Sequence record: OQ990039 | Length of the DNA stretch: 64,000 bases | Origin: Escherichia phage SUT_E420 | Direction: 5' to 3' (one strand) | Part shown: positions 55,904 through 64,000 of the stretch, piece after piece | How the letters are laid out: each line of letters opens with the position of its first letter | Position numbering within the stretch: the first letter of the stretch is position 1 | Made by a program: the position numbers and the translations under genes | The notes under the pieces: model-generated | What the model was told of the DNA's origin: nothing | Databases searched by the model: none | The model's input: the letters and a program-made list of their open reading frames with translations, nothing else

Positions 55904-56102
55904 GAATGTAAAACATCTTAAATATCGCTTAATTTACAATGGACGTATGGAAACAGAAGACCTGGCCCAATTAGCTATTAATTCTAACGAGGTTACAGTG
56001 CGTGCGCTGGCAATTGAAAAGTTGCGTGCCTCTTATGAAAATCGTGTTATGGAACTAGAGGAGAAACTTTATGGCATTCTCGAAGCCGATGCTACCAGAT
56101 AA
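55878..56102 (+). CDS. hypothetical protein
   Basis: 74-aa ORF, probable start at MAKNVKH. Confidence 0.45.
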   Translation: MQWSLIMAKNVKHLKYRLIYNGRMETEDLAQLAINSNEVTVRALAIEKLRASYENRVMELEEKLYGILEADATR

Positions 56103-56292
56103 GGGTTTAAACGCCGCTTTGGAAAACGCATTAATGCAGCACTGGGAAACTGGCTATAAGGATGGTGTTGAATCCTGCGCTACTATGCTAGAAGTTATTG
56201 CTAATACCTTAATGGAGAAAGGCAATAAAGAATTAGCTGAGCTATTAGACAGTATTGGGCAAAACTTCAGAGAACAGGTGAAAAATGCGTAG
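56071..56292 (+). CDS. hypothetical protein
   Basis: 73-aa ORF. Confidence 0.45.
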   Translation: MAFSKPMLPDKGLNAALENALMQHWETGYKDGVESCATMLEVIANTLMEKGNKELAELLDSIGQNFREQVKNA

Positions 56293-57100
56293 ATTAATTG
56301 TTATTAGCGGTGCAGGTTTGAGTGTTGAAAGTGGTGTACGAGCTTTTCGTACTGATACTGCTAGTGGTAAAGCATTGTGGGATGATTATGATCTAGAAGA
56401 AGTATGTAATATTCATGCCTTTCGTGGTAATTTTTATCATAAAACCCATATGTTTTACAACAAGCGTCGTGAAGAGCTAAAAACTGTTGAACCCAATCTT
56501 GCGCATTTGCGTATCGGTGAATGGTATAAACAATATCCAGGTCAAGTAGTAAACTTGACTACCAACGTTGATGACCTTATTGAGCGTTCTGGCGTTCCAC
56601 ATAATGACATTCTACACATTCATGGATATTTAAAAGAGGTTGTTGTAGCTGATAGCTACAATAGTAGCAATAAACGGATTATTGATGTAGGATACAATTC
56701 TATTGATCCAGATGATTATAAATGGGTTAAACCTAATGTAATCTTCTTTGGAGAGCATGCTCCAGCATATGCGGAGATGTACAATGTTTTTGATGGTATT
56801 ACCAGTCAAGATATGATCATTGTGGTTGGTTGCTCTAACCAAGTAATTAACTTCTACTGGGAATTATTTCCTGTTCTTAATTTGACTGCTGCCAAGCTAA
56901 TGGTTGTTAACTACTATGATAGTGCCCTAGCGGCGGAACCGAGCTATCAAGGTATGACTCGTAGTGAGATGTACCAGCTGGAAGAACGCGGTATCCCTTA
57001 CTGGGGTAAAGGTGCGGTAGATGCTTTCAGTGATCCTGATTTTATTGCTCGTGTAGAAGCTCATTTAGGGGGTAGACCTTATGTGTCAGGAAATAAGTAA
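56285..57100 (+). CDS. Sir2-family NAD-dependent protein (deacylase/ADP-ribosyltransferase fold)
   Basis: 271 aa; GAGLSVESGVRAFR (NAD-binding GAG..SG.P.FR), TTNVDDL and HIHG motifs; no zinc-ribbon Cys pairs seen. Confidence 0.7.
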   Translation: MRRLIVISGAGLSVESGVRAFRTDTASGKALWDDYDLEEVCNIHAFRGNFYHKTHMFYNKRREELKTVEPNLAHLRIGEWYKQYPGQVVNLTTNVDDLIERSGVPHNDILHIHGYLKEVVVADSYNSSNKRIIDVGYNSIDPDDYKWVKPNVIFFGEHAPAYAEMYNVFDGITSQDMIIVVGCSNQVINFYWELFPVLNLTAAKLMVVNYYDSALAAEPSYQGMTRSEMYQLEERGIPYWGKGAVDAFSDPDFIARVEAHLGGRPYVSGNK

Positions 57101-57593
57101 TACTCCAATTATTTTTCTAGACATTGATGGGGTGCTCAATTCGAGCATCTCCCACTATCATGCACCTGATGATGAAAAGATTTTCTTTGGAAGTGATTGG
57201 GTTTTCAAACCGCTTCTCAAGGCTTTTCAGGACTTTATTCGTCCTTCTCCAATAATGATTGTTGGAGTATCATCTTGGTTCTCTGTCAGAAATGAGATGG
57301 AGAACGTTCAGATTATGACCGGATTAGGCCTTATCGATCGTTTTCTTGGTACAACGGATTTTACTGGTGGTGGATTATCTAGGGGTAATTCTGTTCTTCG
57401 CTTCGTTGAAAAGCATAAGCTCAAACATTGGTGTGTGCTTGATGATGCGGGTGCTATGATGTATCAGTATCCAACGGTTATAGTCAACGGTAGGACTGGT
57501 ATAAATCTTCAAGATTTAAAAGCTGTTAGCTATATGCTAGAATTTAGCCCAGATCTTGAAATGTGTAAATCCTTACAACAATTTAAGGTGTAA
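57081..57593 (+). CDS. HAD-superfamily hydrolase
   Basis: 170 aa; FLDIDGVL motif I at N-terminus, later LDDAG; start overlaps Sir2 gene end. Confidence 0.6.
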   Translation: MCQEISNTPIIFLDIDGVLNSSISHYHAPDDEKIFFGSDWVFKPLLKAFQDFIRPSPIMIVGVSSWFSVRNEMENVQIMTGLGLIDRFLGTTDFTGGGLSRGNSVLRFVEKHKLKHWCVLDDAGAMMYQYPTVIVNGRTGINLQDLKAVSYMLEFSPDLEMCKSLQQFKV

Positions 57594-57595
57594 AT

Positions 57596-58024
57596 ATGTT
57601 CAATAATGTATTCTCTAAAGAAGCTAACCCAATTTTGGTTAACTTTTGGCGTACTCTTCCAGCTAGCCTGTATAATGAGGCTATTAACTCTTTGAAAATA
57701 TGGTGTGAGAATAACGAAATCTACTTTGCTTTTAAAGATGATATTGATGAAGCCCCCTGTATTGGTTTAATTGTTCAGGTAGAGGAGGGTCTTGAAGAGA
57801 TTGTCGGCTGGAAAGAGTTAGATGAAATGGGCTTAGTTTTTGCGTTAAACTATAAGCTGTTTATGCCTGCTAAGCATCGCCTCGTTGTTAACTATAAAAC
57901 TAGTGAATCTCCTGGTTTTCAAGTTAATGAACGTTACGGTTGGTCTTACTCACCAGAAGAAGTGAATGATGGTATCCAAAAACTTCGCCGTTTCGGGTAT
58001 ATGATCCCAGGTTTAACTGCTTAA
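57596..58024 (+). CDS. hypothetical protein, paralog A
   Basis: 142 aa; similar to next ORF (PCIG core, ELD..E..MGL, FALNYKLF, C-terminal PGL). Confidence 0.5.
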   Translation: MFNNVFSKEANPILVNFWRTLPASLYNEAINSLKIWCENNEIYFAFKDDIDEAPCIGLIVQVEEGLEEIVGWKELDEMGLVFALNYKLFMPAKHRLVVNYKTSESPGFQVNERYGWSYSPEEVNDGIQKLRRFGYMIPGLTA

Positions 58025-58033
58025 GGAGGCAGA

Positions 58034-58423
58034 ATGGAACAAGTATATTGGCGTCAGATTGACCCTAGTTTGGTGAAACGTGCGGAGAAGCTGCTACAAC
58101 GTTGGTTGGGGGTAAGACAAGCCTCCTTCACTTTTCCTGAGCAGCAAATAGATGATCCATGCATTGGCGTTTTCCTGTCTGGATACGCCAGGGAATGGGA
58201 ACTGGATTGGAATGAGTTGTCTGCTATGGGTTTAATTGTTGCCCTAAATTTCTCTTTGTTCCATCCACGTGGTTTTGCCATATGTCGTGTGCCGGATGAT
58301 GGTTGTTCGCCCCATCTTTTACAGGTGGAAAATGATATTTGGGAGTACACTCCAGATATTCTCAAAGAAGCTAAAGAACAATTAAACCGTGTTGGGATAT
58401 ATGTTCCGGGATTAAATGACTAA
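58034..58423 (+). CDS. hypothetical protein, paralog B
   Basis: 129 aa; tandem duplicate of preceding ORF. Confidence 0.5.
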   Translation: MEQVYWRQIDPSLVKRAEKLLQRWLGVRQASFTFPEQQIDDPCIGVFLSGYAREWELDWNELSAMGLIVALNFSLFHPRGFAICRVPDDGCSPHLLQVENDIWEYTPDILKEAKEQLNRVGIYVPGLND

Positions 58424-58449
58424 TGATTTTTATTAGCTGAACTCTGATT

Positions 58450-58475
58450 ACCGAGTCATTTTGGCTCGGTTTTAT
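58450..58475 (+). terminator. rho-independent terminator
   Basis: Stem ACCGAG/CTCGGT followed by TTTTA. Confidence 0.5.
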
Positions 58476-58517
58476 CCGTACTCAAGACCAATGATAGCAC
58501 CATCCGGAAAATTTTAC

Positions 58518-58546
58518 TTGCAGGATGCTCAAAATCTTGATATAAT
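58518..58546 (+). promoter_or_regulatory. sigma70-type promoter (-35 TTGCAG, 17 bp, -10 TATAAT)
   Basis: Followed by about 500 nt without a convincing ORF before the helicase-like gene. Confidence 0.55.
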
Positions 58547-59045
58547 ATTTATATTGAATTGAGAGATATTAGTAAAAATTGATTTTGCTAATTTTTCTTG
58601 TTTACAATCCGCGATACGGAACAGTTAGGCTGCCCAATTAAGGGTTGTTTTAACTGTTACGTGTTAGTTTTTAAACAAATAGTTAATAGAATACTTAGCG
58701 ATCTGCGTCCCGTAGGAACCCTGGTAAGGCCTCGAAGCAACCTAGATAGAGGTGGTTGTGAAGTGAGACGGGAGGAGTGAAAAACTCCGAGACGTGATTC
58801 TGTAAGTTATATTGCATCTAGTATGAGCTAGTACATGAAGCATTAGGTGAGCAAATCTGGCTTAGCGGCCATCCTCAAGGATTTGTGCGGTATAGCAAAG
58901 CAGCAGCGCAGCGTGAAAGTGGAAGTTGCCACCCCACTTCAGTATTTGCGATTAATTTGTTGAGAAATTGACAGTAACAGTTGTTCTATTCTTTCTGAAT
59001 AGTCCTAAAGAAAACTTATTTCATTTCCAACACAGGAGTATTGTT

Positions 59046-61460
59046 GTGTTCTCAATCCTACAAGGTCATGCAGGATTTCATCGCGATTTAGCCACAGGCA
59101 ATTGGCGAGAAGTTAAAGCAGAAGACTATCTTTTTGCTAAAAGATTTTCCTCAAAGCATCCTGAAGGTAAACCAGCTTCAATGCCCTTCAAGTTTGATGT
59201 AATTGATGAAGTTGATCCTCAAACCCTAGTAGAAATGCTTCCTCTTATGAGACGTTTAACGTCTGACCCTCATATCGTTGCGGTACGAGGTCGATGTCTT
59301 ACACCTAAAAATAATGTGCGACGTAAGAAGGGCAACTTTAATGTATCTAACCCAAGTCATATAATTGCAATGGACGTGGATGGTATTGTAGATACAGGTG
59401 GTTGCAACAAGTTTGATCTTGTTGGCATGGCTCGACATATTATTAGAATGTTAAATAGTATTAGTGAGGATATGTTTCCTCTTGATGCAGGGTTTATCGC
59501 TCATGCATCGTCTTCGGCTGGGCTNNNNNNNNNNNNNNNNNNNNNNNNNNNNNNNNNNNNNNNNNNNNNNNNNNNNNNNNNNNNNNNNNNNNNNNNNNNN
59601 NNNNNNNNNNNNNNNNNNNNNNNNATGTTAAATAGTATTAGTGAGGATATGTTTCCTCTTGATGCAGGGTTTATCGCTCATGCATCGTCTTCGGCTGGGC
59701 TAAAACCAGGTATCCGAATGCACTTAATACTAGAATCTAATGTTAAAGTAACTCAGGGTCAAATCAAATTCTTATTTACATCTATCAACGAAAGTAGTAG
59801 ACAAAAGTATGGCTTTGATATTGCCGACTTAGCTTATTACTCTTCCGTACAGCTCCACTATTTTGCAGATCCGTTATTTACCGATGGTATAGTAGATCCG
59901 TTTAAAGCGGAGGGTGCTTCACGTCTGGTATTTGTTAAGGGTTCTAAAGTAAATTTACCCAATAATCTGGTTGACTATGAAACAACTAGAGGTGAGTTTA
60001 AGGAGGAGTTTTACTCTTTACTCGATCAAATTAAAGGTAAAAAAGCTGCCTCTGATAAAGTAGAGGAAACTATCAGCGAACTAGAAGAAGCTGAGGATGG
60101 AGTGTATCTACGTATCATACCTAAACTCTATCACAGAGCCTTAGAGGATGGTGTTGATTTTGCATGGCTAGAAAAAGAAATCCGTCCAGCCTTATCAGAA
60201 TATATTGCAACTAAAGATAACAGTCGCAATATTCAAGATTACTTTAATAACGGTCGTAAACAGGCTCTGAAAGCATTTGTTAATAATTCTAAACGTGATA
60301 TACCTGATGTTTTAAAGGGTATTCCACTTAAAAAGCTAGAAACTAATTCTCTAGAAACTGATAACTTCTTGAAATTAAATACTGTACCACCAGAAGGTTA
60401 TATGACTTTTGTAAAAGCAAGTCTAGGTACAGGTAAAACTACAGCGGTTGTGCGTTGGTTAGATTCAGGAGTTATTAAAGGTAATTTCTTAGCAATTACC
60501 AATACTAGAGCACTGGTATCTTCAAATGCCAAGAAATTTAGTGCAGGACAATATGATAAGTCTGTAGATATGCTTAATTTTAAGCGGGGTGCTATTGACC
60601 GTATGTCCACAACTATTCACTCTTTGCATAAATTCAAGAGTTTTATTGGTCAAATTGATGCAATCTTTATCGATGAATGTGATGCAGTAATGAATGACCT
60701 ATTATTCGCCCCGGTTGTTAAACAACGTCGCGAGTGTATTCAGGTTCTTCGGGATATTCTTGCAACTGCAAAAATCATTATATTATCTGATGGGGATATT
60801 AGTGCAGAAACAATTGAAGCATATGGTTCTTTGATTGAGTTTGATAAACCAGTAGCATTTTATAACCATCACCGTAAAATGCTATCAAAAGCTCATGCTT
60901 ATGAGTTCCCGGATGAATCCAGTATTTGGGTTGCACTTCAGACTTCTCTAGAGATGGGTGAGAAATCTATCCTAGTATCTGACTGTGGGCCGGATGAACT
61001 GAATGAGAAGGGTATGGCATTGCGTCGTAATACGGGTGCGTTAGTTAAGGAAATCCACTCAAANNNNNNNNNNNNNNNNNNNNNNNNNNNNNNNNNNNNN
61101 NNNNNNNNNNNNNNNNNNNNNNNNNNNNNNNNNNNNNNNNNNNNNNNNNNNNNNNNNNNNNNNGATATTAAGAAGTGTTCAAATGTCACTATCAAACCAT
61201 TCATAGAAGCTCTGAAAGGTAAGAAGAAAGATTTCTTCCTTAAAACAGGTCAGAGTGCTAACCCAAAATATGCCAGAATGTATCTTGGTATGATGGGTAT
61301 TGGTAAGGATATGAACACTGAAAATATTGTAGACTGGTACAGAACCTATTGTAAAATCGAGTGTATGCCAATCCCCTATAAGTTTATGACTGATGAGGAG
61401 AAACATATGCATGATGAAGCAATGGCAGAGCTAGGTGCTAGAAATGACAGTGAAGAATAA
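59046..61460 (+). CDS. P-loop NTPase, helicase or replication-initiator-like
   Basis: ORF 58968-61460 trimmed to GTG after ACAGGAG; Walker A SLGTGKTT and Walker B IFIDECDAV; contains two N-gaps so length is inflated. Confidence 0.55.
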   Translation: MFSILQGHAGFHRDLATGNWREVKAEDYLFAKRFSSKHPEGKPASMPFKFDVIDEVDPQTLVEMLPLMRRLTSDPHIVAVRGRCLTPKNNVRRKKGNFNVSNPSHIIAMDVDGIVDTGGCNKFDLVGMARHIIRMLNSISEDMFPLDAGFIAHASSSAGXXXXXXXXXXXXXXXXXXXXXXXXXXXXXXXXXXMLNSISEDMFPLDAGFIAHASSSAGLKPGIRMHLILESNVKVTQGQIKFLFTSINESSRQKYGFDIADLAYYSSVQLHYFADPLFTDGIVDPFKAEGASRLVFVKGSKVNLPNNLVDYETTRGEFKEEFYSLLDQIKGKKAASDKVEETISELEEAEDGVYLRIIPKLYHRALEDGVDFAWLEKEIRPALSEYIATKDNSRNIQDYFNNGRKQALKAFVNNSKRDIPDVLKGIPLKKLETNSLETDNFLKLNTVPPEGYMTFVKASLGTGKTTAVVRWLDSGVIKGNFLAITNTRALVSSNAKKFSAGQYDKSVDMLNFKRGAIDRMSTTIHSLHKFKSFIGQIDAIFIDECDAVMNDLLFAPVVKQRRECIQVLRDILATAKIIILSDGDISAETIEAYGSLIEFDKPVAFYNHHRKMLSKAHAYEFPDESSIWVALQTSLEMGEKSILVSDCGPDELNEKGMALRRNTGALVKEIHSXXXXXXXXXXXXXXXXXXXXXXXXXXXXXXXXXXDIKKCSNVTIKPFIEALKGKKKDFFLKTGQSANPKYARMYLGMMGIGKDMNTENIVDWYRTYCKIECMPIPYKFMTDEEKHMHDEAMAELGARNDSEE

Positions 61461-61677
61461 AAAATGGGAAACAAGGAAGTTTCCAGTAAAAGAACGTAAA
61501 GTTCCTGTTTACGACACTTCGGAAAAGCTATGTAGGGTGGTACCGCATAGATTAGCTGGCATCCCTAACATATCCGAGTGGTTACTTAAACAACGGAAAA
61601 CAAACGTGTCTCTTCGTATCGGCTTTGAATTAGATAAAGTCTATGCTGAACTTGCTTCTTTACTCAAGGAATCGTAA
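61435..61677 (+). CDS. hypothetical protein
   Basis: 80-aa ORF overlapping the end of the helicase-like gene; apparent GTG start. Confidence 0.4.
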   Translation: MLEMTVKNKKWETRKFPVKERKVPVYDTSEKLCRVVPHRLAGIPNISEWLLKQRKTNVSLRIGFELDKVYAELASLLKES

Positions 61678-61685
61678 AAATTTAT

Positions 61686-61714
61686 TTGCATAGTGCAAAA
61701 AATTTCTGTATAAT
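61686..61714 (+). promoter_or_regulatory. T5 P_N25-like early promoter (-35 TTGCAT, 17 bp, -10 TATAAT)
   Basis: TTTATTTGCAT...TTTCTGTATAATAGATTCATAAATTTGAGAGAGGAGTTTAAATATG is near-identical to the T5 P_N25 promoter and leader as I recall them. Confidence 0.8.
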
Positions 61715-61745
61715 AGATTCATAAATTTGAGAGAGGAGTTTAAAT

Positions 61746-62450
61746 ATGGCTGGTTCTCGTAGAAAGAAACATATCCATGAAATCCCGGATGAAGTCTTTA
61801 AAAAGGTTATAGAGCATCTGGAGAACGGTGGTACCAAGAAAGCAGCATGTGAAATGCTCGGCGTATCATCCAATCCAACTATGGAAAGGATGATTGAAGA
61901 ATGGCAAGACCGCCAGATTCAAGTGGCTGAAATGAAGAAAAAGAAACGTGGCACACTCATTGAAGGCATTGAGTTAGCTAACGTTATTGAACAGTATTTG
62001 TCTGGTGATTCTTTTGAAGAAATTGCCGATCGTAATTACCGCTCTGTAGCAATGGTTAAATCTGTTCTGGAACGATATGGTGCTCTGCTTCGTTTGAATG
62101 ATATTGTAGATCCATTGAATCCTCCAATTATTCCTGATGATGCTGTAGCAGAAGAATTTGCAGTTGGTGAGCTTGTTTGGGTTCCTGGATACCAGTGTAT
62201 CGGTGAAATCAAAAAAGCAATGGATAACCCTGTTGGTTGTTACCGTGTATGGCTTCTATCAGAAGGCAAACAACAGAACGTTCATTATATGAATTACGAG
62301 CTGGCTTCTGTTAAACATCTGGAAAAGTTAGGGGTAGACGTAAAATCTCTAGGATATAAGTGGACTCGTGAAGAAATTATTACGTTGATTAACGAAGCTG
62401 TTAAGGCTGCCCTGAAACTTGATAAAGAAAAAGGAAAACGCCGTGAGTAA
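61746..62450 (+). CDS. helix-turn-helix protein downstream of P_N25-like promoter
   Basis: 234 aa; KKAACEMLGVSSNPTMERMIEEW looks HTH-like; strong GAGAGGAG ribosome-binding site. Confidence 0.6.
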   Translation: MAGSRRKKHIHEIPDEVFKKVIEHLENGGTKKAACEMLGVSSNPTMERMIEEWQDRQIQVAEMKKKKRGTLIEGIELANVIEQYLSGDSFEEIADRNYRSVAMVKSVLERYGALLRLNDIVDPLNPPIIPDDAVAEEFAVGELVWVPGYQCIGEIKKAMDNPVGCYRVWLLSEGKQQNVHYMNYELASVKHLEKLGVDVKSLGYKWTREEIITLINEAVKAALKLDKEKGKRRE

Positions 62451-62694
62451 GCTAACAGATTTGCTTAAAGATGGGGAAGTAAAAACTCTATATCGTAGAA
62501 GCTGGGATAATGACAATAATGGCTTAGTGTTACTAACTTTAGACGCTGACTCAGATGTAGTTACCCAACATACCTGGGTAGCTGGTAATTATCCCTATAG
62601 TGAGGTTGTTACGTTAACAGTATGCGAAGCTATTGCTGACGATTGGGAGATTGCCAGCATTGATGATATGCTTGCTGTTGGCCTGGTGGAGTAA
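62446..62694 (+). CDS. hypothetical protein
   Basis: ORF 62419-62694 trimmed to GTG overlapping upstream stop. Confidence 0.4.
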   Translation, partial: SKLTDLLKDGEVKTLYRRSWDNDNNGLVLLTLDADSDVVTQHTWVAGNYPYSEVVTLTVCEAIADDWEIASIDDMLAVGLVE

Positions 62695-62711
62695 CTACAG
62701 AAAAATTTCAG

Positions 62712-62740
62712 TTGCTTAATCCTATAATTCTTGATATAAT
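62712..62740 (+). promoter_or_regulatory. T5-type promoter (-35 TTGCTT, 17 bp, -10 TATAAT)
   Basis: Upstream of ORF 62798-63208. Confidence 0.65.
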
Positions 62741-62797
62741 ATTCTCATAGTTTGAAAGAACTATTCTGTTTAATTCTTAATTAAGGAAATATAAAAT

Positions 62798-63208
62798 ATG
62801 ACTACTCCAACTCAGTGGACTGATGAACTGTTCGAAAAAATGTCTTCCGAATACGTTGCTCGTATGGAGCAATTCCCAGAGGATGAACGTCCGGGTGTTA
62901 GCATGGAAATTGTTAGCGAAATTGCTCAGGAAAATGGTGTAACTCCGAACGGTTTTCGTATGAAGTTGACCAAAGCAGGTGTATATATCAAGAAAGCTGC
63001 TGGCTCTGCTTCTAAATCTAGTGCATCTACTGGAGAAAAAGCTTCTGGTGGTTCTCGCACTTCCAAAGCCCAAGCTCATGCCGATCTTCGTTCAGCATTC
63101 TCTGATGCTGGCCTAGCACCAGATTTTCTGGATGATGCAATTATCGACAAACTGACCGGTAAAGCGGCTGCTCATCTGGCAGAAGCAATCCGAGCTATCA
63201 CTAAGTAA
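62798..63208 (+). CDS. hypothetical protein
   Basis: 136-aa ORF. Confidence 0.55.
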   Translation: MTTPTQWTDELFEKMSSEYVARMEQFPEDERPGVSMEIVSEIAQENGVTPNGFRMKLTKAGVYIKKAAGSASKSSASTGEKASGGSRTSKAQAHADLRSAFSDAGLAPDFLDDAIIDKLTGKAAAHLAEAIRAITK

Positions 63209-63244
63209 TTTTTAGATAAATCCACCAACAAAAGGAACACAGTT

Positions 63245-63541
63245 ATGACCAAAGCTGAAATTATCGCACAATGTGAAAAATTTGGTGAGTTTTATCTTCA
63301 TTACGAGAAACTTCGTCAGAAAGGAACCACGTACCTTCAGGGTACGATGGAATTTGATCCAGCCCAAGATAAATATCTGGCTGAGCGTATTAAACGTGAA
63401 CGTATTCGTAAAGCGAAAGATGATGAGATCCTTGTCTTCTCTCGTACTAATGATAGCTTCCGTTTTATTCCTGTCGAGAAAGTCCGTCGTGTGACTAGCC
63501 TCCAATCAGAGTTAGATCGTGCTTCTCCAGTAGGCCGATAA
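63245..63541 (+). CDS. hypothetical protein
   Basis: 98-aa ORF with AAAGGAA ribosome-binding site. Confidence 0.5.
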   Translation: MTKAEIIAQCEKFGEFYLHYEKLRQKGTTYLQGTMEFDPAQDKYLAERIKRERIRKAKDDEILVFSRTNDSFRFIPVEKVRRVTSLQSELDRASPVGR

Positions 63542-63551
63542 GAAACCAATT

Positions 63552-63580
63552 AGCCCCTATATGGGGCTTTTTGTGTATTT
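63552..63580 (+). terminator. rho-independent terminator
   Basis: Stem AGCCCC-TATAT-GGGGCT followed by TTTTTGTGTATTT. Confidence 0.7.
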
Positions 63581-63591
63581 GGGATATGTAA

Positions 63592-63900
63592 ATGAGCGAA
63601 CAGGTAAATCAAAACTATGAAGGACACGTTGATGACCAGTCCATCATACTTTGGGAGAAGGAGGGGGAACAAGTAAGATTAACAGTATCTGAATTTCGTG
63701 GGAATCTATACATGGGTATTCGTTACTGGCTTCTTGATATTAATGATGAATGGTTTCCAACGAAATCTGGCTTCTCTTTTCCTTACACCCTAGAAACAAC
63801 ATCACAGCTTTTCTATGCGTTTACACAGATTCTTAGCGAATCTGAGGTTTTACATGAAGTACAGAAACGAGCTGAAGAACTCAAAGCCAAGAATGCCTAG
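63592..63900 (+). CDS. hypothetical protein
   Basis: 102-aa ORF. Confidence 0.5.
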   Translation: MSEQVNQNYEGHVDDQSIILWEKEGEQVRLTVSEFRGNLYMGIRYWLLDINDEWFPTKSGFSFPYTLETTSQLFYAFTQILSESEVLHEVQKRAEELKAKNA

Positions 63901-63919
63901 TTCTTGGCTTTTTCTTTAT
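63885..63919 (+). terminator. rho-independent terminator
   Basis: Stem AGCCAAGAA/TTCTTGGCT followed by TTTTTCTTTAT. Confidence 0.75.
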
Positions 63920-63927
63920 AAATGTAT

Positions 63928-63956
63928 TTGCTTTCAACTCAGTTTTGTTATATAAT
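63928..63956 (+). promoter_or_regulatory. T5-type promoter (-35 TTGCTT, 17 bp, -10 TATAAT)
   Basis: Followed by ATTTATATAAATTAATGAGAGGG leader at the window edge. Confidence 0.65.
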
Positions 63957-64000
63957 ATTTATATAAATTAATGAGAGGGTTGCAAAGTGAAAAAGATAAG

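Noticed and set aside
1-64000. Integrase, transposase, rRNA or prophage attachment sites
   Set aside because: No ORF with recombinase motifs and no rRNA-like sequence seen; content is that of a virulent phage

Overview
This window reads as the early/accessory region of a T5-like siphovirus (Demerecviridae): mostly AT-rich, with short genes packed on the minus strand from about 9.5 to 53.2 kb and a plus-strand block from 53.5 kb onward. Main content: (1) a pb5-like receptor-binding protein gene divergent from an llp-type lipoprotein gene at the left edge; (2) a pre-early-like block of small membrane-protein genes plus a dmp-like HAD nucleotidase (3.2-7.8 kb); (3) a 1.7-kb non-coding repeat region with DnaA-box-like 9-mers, a 15-mer repeat family and palindromes (7.8-9.5 kb); (4) lysis genes (endolysin, holin, spanin pair), Ser/Thr phosphatase, ClpP-like protease and dNMP kinase; (5) a cluster of about 25 minus-strand tRNA genes interleaved with small ORFs (27.6-39.2 kb); (6) nucleotide metabolism genes thyA, frd, nrdB, an HNH endonuclease, nrdA, phoH and nrdD; (7) NADAR, Sir2-like, HAD-like, SPFH, Toprim, DEDD-exonuclease and helicase-like genes. 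About 28 sigma70-type promoters share a T5-early-promoter architecture, one nearly matching the T5 P_N25 promoter as I recall it. The strongest candidate for something undescribed is a GC-richer, oppositely oriented three-gene cassette (36.1-37.9 kb) with its own promoter and terminator, next to an SPFH gene and an ORF-poor structured region. Nine runs of about 100 N are present, six flanked by exact 77-80 bp duplications; these look like assembly or masking artefacts and inflate or truncate the ORFs that cross them. All functional calls are from motif reading by eye; no database search was run, and hand-counted coordinates for tRNAs, promoters and terminators may be off by 1-2 nt.
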